The notes under the pieces: generated by a model | Database searches by the model: none | The model's input: the letters and a program-made list of their open reading frames with translations, nothing else | Told to the model about the DNA's origin: nothing | Origin: Candidatus Bathyarchaeia archaeon | GTDB taxonomy: Archaea; Thermoproteota; CALKCG01; B24 | NCBI GenBank assembly: GCA_038870975.1 | Contig: JAVZJD010000002.1 | Span: 672,001-736,000, forward strand | DNA length: 64,000 nt | Reading direction: 5' to 3' | Translations under genes and position numbers: made by a program | In this document: in pieces, positions 1 through 9,413 of the stretch | How positions within the stretch are numbered: the stretch's first letter is position 1 | Layout: each line of letters starts with the position of its first letter

Positions 1-1006
1 CAGATATTCTGACGTCGCTACTCAATGCTCCTATTATAACGCCTAAAGAGGTGGCGAAAAATATTGCTATGAGAAGACTTACAAATAGCATTATATAGCT
101 TTCAAATGACGCTGTTGGAAACTCTAGTGAAACGGTTAAACCCTCCCCAGCCATTATGGGGAGGCTGAAGAGACTTTGAAAGTATACGGTTAACCCAATT
201 ATGAAGAGGATTGTCCCAAGCATAGCAACGACTGTAGACCCTATGAGTTTACCCATCAAAATGCTATACCTGCCGATGGGAAGCGTCAACAGAGTTTCAA
301 GGGTTTTCTCCTCGTTTTCAACAGCTGTAGCAGTAGCAGCTATCTGAGCAACTGTAATTGAAACCAACATTAAAACCAATGGAACGATTATTCCAGAACC
401 CATGAAAAACTGGTTAAATAGAATGCTTGGTGAAACTTTGATAATCCTATTCTTAACGACCGTATAGCTTATAGTAGTTAATGGTTTTAAAACATCATCA
501 GGATTGACTTCGGGGCTTGTAGAGGATATGAAGGATTCAACTAAAGCCCTAGAATAAGCATTTAACACATTCTCAATAATGGAGAAGATGCCAACAGAAC
601 TCAAACCCATGGTTTTAACGACGAAGTACACATTTACCTGAGCTTTTCTAAAGCTTGTAACGTTGGATTCAAAGCCATTTGGTACAACTATTAAAATTCT
701 GACATCGATATCTTTAAGCTTTTCAATGCCATCTTCCACATCTACTGAGGAAAACTCTGATACGTTTAAACCAAGACTACGCATGAAGTCTATAAATTCA
801 CGGCTAGTAGCTGTGCCATCTAAATCTATGACGGCGACTTTAACCCCCTCCCTTGAAATGGTTTCGATGGAGCTTTGCATTGCCGCCGAGATAGCTAAAC
901 CGATTATAGGCATTATTAGAATGGGTGCAAGTAGACCGATGTAGATCCTGGGATCTCTCAACAGATCTTTAACTTCTTTTTCAACTAGAGGGTAGAGGCT
1001 ACCCAA
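1..1006 (-). CDS. ABC-2 type transporter permease (NatB-like), 3' end runs off the window
   Basis: TTG start overlapping the ATPase stop; reads MGSLYPLVEKEVKDLLRDPRIYIG and later contains AVENEEKTLETLLTLP; hydrophobic. Confidence 0.85.
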   Translation of the reverse strand, partial: MGSLYPLVEKEVKDLLRDPRIYIGLLAPILIMPIIGLAISAAMQSSIETISREGVKVAVIDLDGTATSREFIDFMRSLGLNVSEFSSVDVEDGIEKLKDIDVRILIVVPNGFESNVTSFRKAQVNVYFVVKTMGLSSVGIFSIIENVLNAYSRALVESFISSTSPEVNPDDVLKPLTTISYTVVKNRIIKVSPSILFNQFFMGSGIIVPLVLMLVSITVAQIAATATAVENEEKTLETLLTLPIGRYSILMGKLIGSTVVAMLGTILFIIGLTVYFQSLFSLPIMAGEGLTVSLEFPTASFESYIMLFVSLLIAIFFATSLGVIIGALSSDVRIS

Positions 1007-1733
1007 CGTCTACCACCCTTGTGAAAACTTCTTCAAGGTTTGAAGCATTCCAAGATGCTTTAAGTTGATCTGGTGTACCTTCCGCCACTATTCTACCTCT
1101 GTTTATTAAGGCTACTCTACTGCAGACATATTCCACCTCGAGCATGTTATGGCTAGACATGATAATGGTTACACCGTATCTGTTTGCGTAGTCTTTTATA
1201 AGCTTCCTTATGTAGCTTGCATGTATGACGTCTAAACCCGCAGTAGGCTCATCAAGTATGGCTAGTTTAGGCTTCAACATGAAAACTCTCGCTATCTGAA
1301 GCCTCCTCTTCATACCTTTACTGTAGGTTTTAATCTTATCATGTATTTTATCGCCGAGCCCTGAGATGTTGATGGCTCGATCAACCGCTTCTAAAGCTTC
1401 ATCTTTAGAATGGAAGTATATCCTAGCCATTATTGAGAGATACTCTAATCCTGAAAGGTTTCTGTAGGCTCCAGCATCTTCAGCAAGATAGCTTATTATA
1501 CGTCTTACATCGGCGGCTTGAGAAACAACATCATATCCGAATATCTTTACAACGCCTTCTGTTGGAAGAAGGAGAGTGGCGAGAATTCTTAAAGCAGTCG
1601 TCTTACCAGCACCATTGGGTCCAATTAACCCGAAAACCTCCCCCTCCTTAACTTGGAAGGAGACGTCATCTAGGGCTTTAAACGACCCGAAGAATTTTGT
1701 AAGATTTCTAACACTAACAGCGACATTACTCAT
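999..1733 (-). CDS. ABC transporter ATP-binding protein
   Basis: Walker A GPNGAGKT, signature YSKGM, Walker B ILDEPT; start taken at MSNVAV. Confidence 0.95.
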   Translation of the reverse strand: MSNVAVSVRNLTKFFGSFKALDDVSFQVKEGEVFGLIGPNGAGKTTALRILATLLLPTEGVVKIFGYDVVSQAADVRRIISYLAEDAGAYRNLSGLEYLSIMARIYFHSKDEALEAVDRAINISGLGDKIHDKIKTYSKGMKRRLQIARVFMLKPKLAILDEPTAGLDVIHASYIRKLIKDYANRYGVTIIMSSHNMLEVEYVCSRVALINRGRIVAEGTPDQLKASWNASNLEEVFTRVVDVG

Positions 1734-1851
1734 TGAAATGTTCAAGTAGTCTGATAGCATTTAGAAATAAAAAGCTTATTACGGATGAGCATCCTAGGAA
1801 ATTTTCTAAAAGAAACAGATAAACTGTCAAGCACTTCTGACATTTAATTTA

Positions 1852-2109
1852 TCAACTCACGTATTTTCTCACGATCTTCAAGGCTTCTAGAAATTCTCCA
1901 CCCCTCTTGGTTAGTACATAAACCTTCATACCACCCATCGTATCTTCTCTCAAAAGACCGTGGGCTACGAGAAATTGTAGAGCTTTCTTCGCTCTATCAA
2001 CTGGAAGACCAGCACCATACGCTATTCTCGTTATGGGAGAGGGGCCTCTTCTTAAAACGGTTTCCAATACATCGGAGTATATTTCATATTTTGTTCGTCT
2101 TCCACACAT
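1852..2109 (-). CDS. Winged helix-turn-helix protein (archaeal HTH_45-like)
   Basis: RRTKYEIYSDVL...ITRIAYGAGL...YVLTKRG pattern. Confidence 0.8.
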   Translation of the reverse strand: MCGRRTKYEIYSDVLETVLRRGPSPITRIAYGAGLPVDRAKKALQFLVAHGLLREDTMGGMKVYVLTKRGGEFLEALKIVRKYVS

Positions 2110-2134
2110 GGCGTTCTCAACTTTTAAACTAATA

Positions 2135-3472
2135 TTATAATGGCGGGGGAGGTAGCTTTTCAACCTTTACCGGTGTTTGAGCGAACAATACCCCTTCTTC
2201 CTTCTCCAACAGTTCTGTATACTGAACTTCTCCCATTATCCTACAGCCAGACTCCACGTATATTCTTCTTGCGTAGATGTTTCTAGCCCTCGACTTCTCC
2301 TCCAACGTTAAAATATCAGCGTATACATCTTCAACCCTAGCCCTCTCCTGTATGAGAATTCTGCCACCTATTAAAGGCCCTCGAACCTCGCCCTTTATAC
2401 CGATCTCTATATAGGCGGCTTTCACACCTTCTAAGGTCTCTATCGACCCCCCAACTCTTACAGCGTCTAAAGCTTCAACCCTTAATGCTTTCAAAGAACC
2501 GCCAACATCAATAGATTTAGCTTTCACACGATCGCCTATTTCAACCGAACCGCCGACGTCTAGTTTACCTGATAAGCTTAAACTTTTCTCTATACTGAGT
2601 TTACCGCCAACATCAATGTTTTCACCTTGAGCCTCGCCAGTTATTTCAACAGTACCGCCAACATCGATGCTCGTAAACACAAGGCTACCGTCAACTATCA
2701 AAGAGCCACCAACATCGATGCTTCCGCCTTCACACCGATTGGAAAGCTTTACAGTACCGCCAACATCAATTCTATTGAACTTAAGGGAGCTGGTGGATTC
2801 AAACGTCCCCCCTACGCGAATGTTTCTCTTCACTTCACCGCCCTTGATTACAGCCGTACCGCCAACATCTATATCTTCAATCTTAACTTCAGCTTCGGTT
2901 TTAAACGTACCACCAACCGTCACCCTTCCAACTTCCACCAACCCCTTTCCTCTGAAAGACCCGCCTACGTCTATTCTAGAACCTTTTACAATCCCTCCAA
3001 TATCGACCGCTCCACCTACGCTAATTGTCTCCATTTCCACATTTCCATATCCCTTGTAGGATCCGCCTACGTCTATATCCAGGGCTTTTGTGTTACCTCC
3101 AACTTCAAGACTTCCACCGACTTTAACTTTTTCAACGTTAAGGTCCCTATCAACCGTGACTTTCCTATCTACATCTACTGTTTTTGCTGAAAGGTTTCCG
3201 ATTACATGAAGCCCACCTTCTCTGATTTTTACCCTAGTGCTAACCGATAGGTCTCCCTCAATTGTAACATCTCCCTCGCGTCCATCTAGTGATTCAGCTA
3301 CTAAACCACAGTTGAAGGTACAGTCCCCTTCACAGCGCACAATACCTGAAACTGTAACGCTTCGCAATCCTTCTTCAGCATTTATAGTGGATCCTCCGCC
3401 TATATGTAAGTCTCCATCAACAAGCCCTAGGGTTGCGGTTGAACCGGGTGGAATAGATACGACTTTACGCAT
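2135..3472 (-). CDS. Bactofilin-like (polymer-forming cytoskeletal) beta-helix repeat protein
   Basis: Many ~17-aa repeats centred on (I/V)xVGG(S/T). Confidence 0.7.
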   Translation of the reverse strand: MRKVVSIPPGSTATLGLVDGDLHIGGGSTINAEEGLRSVTVSGIVRCEGDCTFNCGLVAESLDGREGDVTIEGDLSVSTRVKIREGGLHVIGNLSAKTVDVDRKVTVDRDLNVEKVKVGGSLEVGGNTKALDIDVGGSYKGYGNVEMETISVGGAVDIGGIVKGSRIDVGGSFRGKGLVEVGRVTVGGTFKTEAEVKIEDIDVGGTAVIKGGEVKRNIRVGGTFESTSSLKFNRIDVGGTVKLSNRCEGGSIDVGGSLIVDGSLVFTSIDVGGTVEITGEAQGENIDVGGKLSIEKSLSLSGKLDVGGSVEIGDRVKAKSIDVGGSLKALRVEALDAVRVGGSIETLEGVKAAYIEIGIKGEVRGPLIGGRILIQERARVEDVYADILTLEEKSRARNIYARRIYVESGCRIMGEVQYTELLEKEEGVLFAQTPVKVEKLPPPPL

Positions 3473-3647
3473 GATTACACCGTTGAGGTAGTCTACTGGA
3501 AGAAGCTTTTAAAACTAAAGCACATGTAGAGAGTACTAAATATGACTACAATGAGTTATTATGCGTCTTCAAACCAACAGTCGAAGATACGATTTCCTAA
3601 AACATAATCCTTTTAATACTGATTGACTACCATTTAACTGGACGACT

Positions 3648-3938
3648 ATGCCTAAGAAGAGGAAGTCCAGAGGCCGTAGTAAGGGAACAAAGGGTAGAAC
3701 CGAGCTTGTGGAATGCGACAACTGTGGAGCACTCGTACCCAGAGATAAGATTAAGAGAGTTACAGTTAGAGTCTCACCCGTAGATCCACAACTTGCTAAA
3801 GAACTTAAATCAAAAGGAGCGTATATAAGCTCATACACCACCGTTAAAAACTACTGCGTATCTTGCGCGGTTCATTATGGTGTTGTAAAGGTCAGACCTA
3901 GGGAAGAGCGTAAGCTTATTAGGCCTCTAAGAAGGTAG
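3648..3938 (+). CDS. rps26e: 30S ribosomal protein S26e
   Basis: MPKKRKSRGR...CDNCGALVPRDK...YCVSCAVH. Confidence 0.97.
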   Translation: MPKKRKSRGRSKGTKGRTELVECDNCGALVPRDKIKRVTVRVSPVDPQLAKELKSKGAYISSYTTVKNYCVSCAVHYGVVKVRPREERKLIRPLRR

Positions 3939-3953
3939 TGTTAGTGGTAGGAC

Positions 3954-4310
3954 TTGGCATATAGACGCCTCACTAGAAAACTGACAGTTGAAAACATATG
4001 GATGTACATATTGAGAATACTACTTGAAAGACCATTATACGCATATGAGATTAAGAATATCCTAAAGAACAGATTTGGCTTCAACGTGGCAACGATAACC
4101 GTATACATGGTCTTATATAAGATGGAGAGGGAGGGCTTAATAGGAAAAACCACTAGAAAGGAAAAAGCCCGCAGACAGTACTATGAGATTACACCACTCG
4201 GCTTAAAAACATTAAAAGATGGACTTTCATTTCTTGAAAAAACCCTTAAGAATTTAAGTCTACCTGAGTCTTCTGTAGACATAAAGGATTCTTTGAACAA
4301 CCGTAACTAA
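3954..4310 (+). CDS. PadR family transcriptional regulator
   Basis: YAYEI...TVYMVLYKMEREGLI...RQYYEITPLG. Confidence 0.9.
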   Translation: MAYRRLTRKLTVENIWMYILRILLERPLYAYEIKNILKNRFGFNVATITVYMVLYKMEREGLIGKTTRKEKARRQYYEITPLGLKTLKDGLSFLEKTLKNLSLPESSVDIKDSLNNRN

Positions 4311-4829
4311 GGACAAAACTGCTAAAATCCATATGCCGATATCCATAGCTTTTAAAAACCCTGAGAGGGCTATTATTAAAATTCTCTCACCTCTCTCAAC
4401 AAGACCAACACCAGACATCTCTAATCCCAAAGATTCTGCTTTAGCTCTCACATAGCTCGTTAAAAGAGAGCCTATTAACGATATAAACCCAAGCTCTATG
4501 GGCACTCTTCCGCTTAGGATTAAACCACCTATTATTGCAGAGTCTGAAAACCTATCCATCGTGGAATCTAGGAAAGACCCTAAACGATCTGCGGTACCAG
4601 TTGCTCTTGCCACAGCACCATCAAGCATGTCGAAAAAACCTGAAAGTATCACTAAAACGGAGGCAATGTAAAGTCCTACTTCTCCTTTAATAGAATACGT
4701 TAAACCTGCCAATATGGCTGCAAGTAAACCTAGAAAGCTTAAGTATTCGGCTTTAAAGCCAACCTGGGCAAATAGTTTCGCTAGAACATCTGTAAATTTC
4801 TCGGCAGTAGCCCTTACCTTATTCAGCAT
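4260..4829 (-). CDS. CDP-alcohol phosphatidyltransferase (archaetidylinositol phosphate synthase-like)
   Basis: DMLDGAVARATG...GSFLDSTMDRFSD motif; SYVRAKAE. Confidence 0.92.
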   Translation of the reverse strand: MLNKVRATAEKFTDVLAKLFAQVGFKAEYLSFLGLLAAILAGLTYSIKGEVGLYIASVLVILSGFFDMLDGAVARATGTADRLGSFLDSTMDRFSDSAIIGGLILSGRVPIELGFISLIGSLLTSYVRAKAESLGLEMSGVGLVERGERILIIALSGFLKAMDIGIWILAVLSLVTVVQRILYVYRRLR

Positions 4830-4975
4830 CTCATAATTACAGTTGCCAAGTCGCTATTATAGTTTAATGTCGTTTCTGTAGGGGGCGTTTCAGCGGGTAT
4901 TTGCAGTTATATTGAAACTACTCTGAGCTTTCTTGGAGCAATCTTTATAAAATGATGAAGTTTTATTTAAACTTG

Positions 4976-5097
4976 CCCGGGGTAGCTCAGCCTGGTAGAG
5001 CTTCCGGCTGTAGACCTCGCCGTGATTGGCGTGGGTCACTCAGCTTACCAGGCGGACAGAAACCGGAGTGTCGTCGGTTCAAATCCGGCCCCCGGGA
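4976..5097 (+). tRNA. tRNA-Tyr(GTA) with a 48-nt intron at 37/38 (5014-5061)
   Basis: Acceptor CCCGGGG/CCCCGGG with C1:G72, anticodon GTA 5010-5012, T-arm GTCGGTTCAAATCCGGC; BHB helix CTGT/ACAG with bulges AGA and AAA; CCA not encoded. Confidence 0.95.
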
Positions 5098-5213
5098 CTT
5101 ACATTCTTCCCCTAAGAAGAATATCCTCTACTTCTTTTCCAATCCATTATATGGATTTATAACAGCTAAAGTCTTATAGTAGCCTTGAAGTTAGAATTAG
5201 ATCGGTGTAAACC

Positions 5214-6101
5214 GTGATAATAGACTGTCATGTCCATAGTTTGGGTGTTGAGAAGGTAGATGTTATTCTGAAGGGTATGGATAAGGCTGGGATAGATAGA
5301 GCGGTTATATTTTCGCCGTATCCGTCGCCCTACATGGGTTTGGAAGAGAGGATAATCCCTAGGACGGCTCCAGGTGTAACTAGGTATCTAGAGTTTAGCT
5401 ATCCGAACGTTACGTCTGAGAAGCAAATGGAGGCTGTGGAGTTCATAGCTAGACTTCAGAAGGAGGCACCAGACAGAATCATAGGATTTGTCTGGCTTGA
5501 GCCTAGGCTTAAAGACGCAGTTCAAATTTTAGAGAAGGCTATTACATCTAGAGAGCTGAAGGGGATTAAAATGATACCTGACCACTGGTATCCATACGAT
5601 GAATTCATGTACCCGGTATATAAGAAGGCTGAAGAACTGAATATTCCAATACTATTCCACTCAGGTATACTGTACGGGTTTAAAGATTCCTCAAGGTTCT
5701 GCAGACCCGTTAACTACGAAGTTTTACTGAGTTTTCCAAACCTTAGATTTGCACTGGCTCACGTAAGCTGGCCGTGGGTAGATGAATGTATAGCCGTATG
5801 GGGGAGGTTTAGAGCCTCTCTTGAAGAGATTGAAGGGGAGCGGAAAGAGGTTCAAATGTTTATAGATGCCACTCCAGGTACACCCCTGATATACCGTAAA
5901 GATGCCCTTCAAAAGATTATGGCCTTCGGTGCTGAAAACAACGTTTTATTCGGCACCGATTGTACGGCCGGAAGACTAGAGTATGGAAAATACCACATTG
6001 AGAGAGACGTGGCCATCTTACGCCAGGTGATAGGCGTATCGAAGGAAACCGTCGATAAGTTTCTCGGTGGAAACGCTTTAAGGTTTCTAGGTTTAAAATA
6101 G
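5214..6101 (+). CDS. Amidohydrolase family protein (Amidohydro_2)
   Basis: IIDCHVH, ILFHSG, LAH, LFGTD motifs. Confidence 0.9.
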   Translation: MIIDCHVHSLGVEKVDVILKGMDKAGIDRAVIFSPYPSPYMGLEERIIPRTAPGVTRYLEFSYPNVTSEKQMEAVEFIARLQKEAPDRIIGFVWLEPRLKDAVQILEKAITSRELKGIKMIPDHWYPYDEFMYPVYKKAEELNIPILFHSGILYGFKDSSRFCRPVNYEVLLSFPNLRFALAHVSWPWVDECIAVWGRFRASLEEIEGERKEVQMFIDATPGTPLIYRKDALQKIMAFGAENNVLFGTDCTAGRLEYGKYHIERDVAILRQVIGVSKETVDKFLGGNALRFLGLK

Positions 6102-6105
6102 ATGG

Positions 6106-6891
6106 GTGTTAAAGTTGAAGTGGGAAGAACTCACGGCCGACGACCTTGCAGAACTCTCTAAGAGAGATGACATGGTGGTGGTTATCCCGGTTGGCTCTTT
6201 AGAGAAGCATGGTCCTCATCTACCTCTTGGAACGGATGCGCTAACGGTCTATAAAGTAGCTTTGAAAGCCTCGGAAATAGAGCCGTGCATAGTGCTACCT
6301 CCACTATTCTACAGCTATGTGGCGGATATGCGTCAATTCCCCGGAGCTATAAACGTAAGAGAAGACCTGCTTTTAAACCTCTTAGAAAACATATGTGAAG
6401 AAGTCTACAGAAACGGGTTTAAGAAAATAGTCATATTGAACGGTCACGGTGGAAACGTAAGCCTTCTAAGGCTTTTCGCAGCAAGCAGACTCACTAGGAG
6501 AACAAACTATTCACTATACGTTCTCGCTGAGCCGTGGGCTTTTGAGCAGAAGGTCCTACAAGAGGTTAAAGAGACTGAAGAGATAGGGCATGCATGTGAA
6601 ATAGAGACCAGTTTCATGCTTTATCTTTACCCTGAGCTTTGTAAGATGGAGCGTGCTAAACCAGCTAAAACTAAGACTAGACCGTTAAGTGGTCTACCAG
6701 TAGTTACGCCAGTGGACTGGGTTGCATACTGTCCAGAGGGGTACGTGGGCGACCCCACTAAGGCAACCAGTGAAAAAGGCAGGAAGCTCGTGGAGGCGTT
6801 CGTAAACGGTCTTGTTGAAACCCTCAGAAGGATAAAAGAAGATAGGGTGGTAGACGAAACCGTAAAACTACTGGGCTTAGAAAGACTTTAA
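6106..6891 (+). CDS. Creatininase family protein
   Basis: GSLEKHGPHLPLGTD, NGHGGN, HACEIETS. Confidence 0.93.
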   Translation: MLKLKWEELTADDLAELSKRDDMVVVIPVGSLEKHGPHLPLGTDALTVYKVALKASEIEPCIVLPPLFYSYVADMRQFPGAINVREDLLLNLLENICEEVYRNGFKKIVILNGHGGNVSLLRLFAASRLTRRTNYSLYVLAEPWAFEQKVLQEVKETEEIGHACEIETSFMLYLYPELCKMERAKPAKTKTRPLSGLPVVTPVDWVAYCPEGYVGDPTKATSEKGRKLVEAFVNGLVETLRRIKEDRVVDETVKLLGLERL

Positions 6892-7715
6892 ATCTCATAC
6901 TTCTCCAAGAATTTTTTACCACGCTTTATGGATTCTACGACGTCGACACCCGTTTCATCTTCAATGGCAAACCAACCTCTGTAACCAATATCTCTCAAAG
7001 CGGCTATGTAATCATCCCATGGAACAAGACCTTCGCCCACAGTAGCCCTTCTAGTCTTGGGATTATGATCCTTAGCATGCGTGTGAACTATCCACTCCCC
7101 TAGCGTTTTAACCCCTTTCACAACTTCATCAACTCCAAAATGAAGCATATTAGCCGGGTCGTAGTTCACTTTTAGCGCAACACTTCCTACATCCTCCAAG
7201 AAGCTTCTTAATACGTCAGCAGGCTCCATACCGGTTTCTATACAGAAAAACGCACCTACCTCTTCACCGTACTTAGCTATTTCAGATACGCTTCTTCTTA
7301 TAGTAGTATAAATTGAGCTGCCCCTATCCTTAGGGATCCTACCTGGGTGCGTTGTAACGATTGGCGCATCCATATCTGCCGCCAGTTTTAAAGCTTTCTT
7401 TGTTTTTTCGATACGTTTGTCCAATCCATCTTCTTCATCCAATCCTCCAAATCTGGTCGGACCGGAAAGTTGAGCGCAGAAACCCGATATTTCAAGTCCA
7501 TAGGATTTAACGAGCTCTTTGATTTCATATCTTAGTTTGCTGTTGCATCTATCTGGGTCTAAGACACAGGGTGTTTTCAGGTCGTAGTCTACGCACCACA
7601 ATTGAACACCTTTGACGCCTATTTCAGCCGCTACCTTAAGCTGGTCTTCTAGAGTTTTAATGTCTGGAGAGACGCCCAGAGACCAGAGAGCTAAACCTAT
7701 CTTAAGCTTACCCAT
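6888..7715 (-). CDS. Sugar phosphate isomerase/epimerase (xylose isomerase-like TIM barrel)
   Basis: IETG, NYDPAN, HTHAKD, IEDE motifs; start at MGKLKIG. Confidence 0.88.
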   Translation of the reverse strand: MGKLKIGLALWSLGVSPDIKTLEDQLKVAAEIGVKGVQLWCVDYDLKTPCVLDPDRCNSKLRYEIKELVKSYGLEISGFCAQLSGPTRFGGLDEEDGLDKRIEKTKKALKLAADMDAPIVTTHPGRIPKDRGSSIYTTIRRSVSEIAKYGEEVGAFFCIETGMEPADVLRSFLEDVGSVALKVNYDPANMLHFGVDEVVKGVKTLGEWIVHTHAKDHNPKTRRATVGEGLVPWDDYIAALRDIGYRGWFAIEDETGVDVVESIKRGKKFLEKYEI

Positions 7716-7834
7716 ATATACCGGAAGTATATGCTCCGATGCGCAATATAAGCTTCTCTCAAGCTTAAATCTATGGAAAAAGGGCGTTGGGAGGAGTTTG
7801 TTAGCGATTTTAAGCGTCTGTATTCGCAATAAGG

Positions 7835-8341
7835 CTAAAACGCGAAGAAAGCCCGGCGTTCCTTCTCACCAATTCTAGAGAAGTGCTCATGTACTATTCG
7901 CCATACACCATCCCGTTTAATAAGCACCGTAGAGACTCTAGACCTTATATCGAAGTCTAGCCGTCTAATTCTACCTCTATAGGCTATGTAGAAGCTCGCT
8001 ACCGCTACATCGCCAAGTATATCTATACGCCAACCGCTGACCTCGTATTCATACCTTACGAGAACCTTCAAAGCTTTAGCCTCCTCGTTTAAGGCAAATT
8101 CACCCTCCAATCTCGTGAAGGGAGGCCAATCATCAAATTTGGTATAGAGTGCTTTATCGACCAGCTCTTCAATGGTTTTAGGGTCTCTGTTCCTTATGGC
8201 TTCTACCCTCTTTAAAACAACATCCATAACAGCCCTCTGCTCAGGGGTGAAAAGCTCAACCCCTTTAAGTTTAAAACCACATTTTGAGCAAAAATTGTCC
8301 TCTGCTGAAACTTGATTTCCACAATTTGGGCAGTAAGGCAT
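7835..8341 (-). CDS. Zinc-ribbon + SnoaL/NTF2-like domain protein
   Basis: CPNCG...FCSKCG N-terminus; C-terminal WRIVHEHFS. Confidence 0.8.
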   Translation of the reverse strand: MPYCPNCGNQVSAEDNFCSKCGFKLKGVELFTPEQRAVMDVVLKRVEAIRNRDPKTIEELVDKALYTKFDDWPPFTRLEGEFALNEEAKALKVLVRYEYEVSGWRIDILGDVAVASFYIAYRGRIRRLDFDIRSRVSTVLIKRDGVWRIVHEHFSRIGEKERRAFFAF

Positions 8342-8536
8342 TTTCCAAACACCTATAGTAGTATTATTGAAAACTATATATTAAATCGACCTATAGAGGG
8401 CTGAGGAAATTTTGCAACCATTGAGGAACCCATTATGCGTCATCAGACGCTATTCCATCGATTCTATGGAAACAATACACAGCGAGTTGAACCCAATCTT
8501 GTCAAGTCATGATATAGACCATTCTACCATGTTTGC

Positions 8537-8734
8537 TTATGCGCCTATGAATCCCTCGTCGTAGAATACCGGCTTGTAGCCTTTATTCGCCACCCATTTA
8601 ACCGCTTCAATTACTTTCTCCTCGTAATCTGGTTGGTATTCAGGTCTGCTACGGTAGAATTGCTGCTCATGTATCATCAACTCCATGATCTCAGATTGAT
8701 GTGGGTCTTCAGCTACCATGTTGAGATGTTGGGG
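8537..8734 (-). pseudogene. 3' fragment of a gene split by IS607 (5' part at 10578-11570)
   Basis: Same strand as 10578-11570 and in frame with it once the IS is removed at the shared GG. Confidence 0.75.
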
Positions 8735-8786
8735 TAACAGTTCCTGAATAATTAACTTTATATAACATTTCTTAACACTTATTTAC

Positions 8787-9413
8787 ATGATGATTGAGAA
8801 GTTGTTGACGCTCAGTGAAGCCTGTAAGAGGTTAGGCATTCATCCTAATACGCTTAGAAAATGGGATAAACAAGGTAAGGTTAGAGTTGTTAGAACTGTT
8901 GGTGGTAGGAGGAGGATACCTGAGAGTGAAGTTGAACGTTTGATGGGCATTGTTAAACCAGATATATCTAAAAAGGCTGTGATTTATGCTAGAGTTTCTT
9001 CTCATGACCAGAGAGGGGATCTAGAGAGACAGAAGCAAAGTTTACTGGATTACGCCAGGTCGAAAGGATATGAAGTTATCGCACTCTTAGAGGATGTGGC
9101 AAGCGGGCTTAACGAAAATAGAAAGTCCTTGAATAAAATTTTTGACATGGTTGAGAAAACGGAGGTAGGAACTGTCGTAATAGCTTTTAAGGATAGGCTT
9201 ACAAGGTTCGGCTTTAAATACTTGGAGCATTATTTCGCTTCTCATAACGTAAAAATTGAAGTTGTTAACGGTGAAGAGCCTAAAGATGCCTACCAAGAGC
9301 TTGTAGAGGATCTCATCGCTTTGGTTTCAAGCTTTGCGGGGAAGCTCTATGGTTTGAGAAGCCACAGGTATAAGAAGGTGGTTGAAGGTGTCAGGAAGCT
9401 TATTGCTGAGTGA
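8787..9413 (+). CDS. tnpA: IS607 transposase TnpA (MerR-like HTH + serine recombinase)
   Basis: LGIHPNTLRKWD, GGRRR, YARVSS, DRLTRFGF. Confidence 0.95.
   Translation: MMIEKLLTLSEACKRLGIHPNTLRKWDKQGKVRVVRTVGGRRRIPESEVERLMGIVKPDISKKAVIYARVSSHDQRGDLERQKQSLLDYARSKGYEVIALLEDVASGLNENRKSLNKIFDMVEKTEVGTVVIAFKDRLTRFGFKYLEHYFASHNVKIEVVNGEEPKDAYQELVEDLIALVSSFAGKLYGLRSHRYKKVVEGVRKLIAE

Noticed and set aside
2627-3491. Long plus-strand ORFs opposite the repeat protein, and other antisense ORFs in the track
   Set aside because: Shadows of well-supported genes, with no motifs of their own
4952-5179. 75-aa ORF (and the similar ORF at 41151-41360)
   Set aside because: Both overlap tRNA genes
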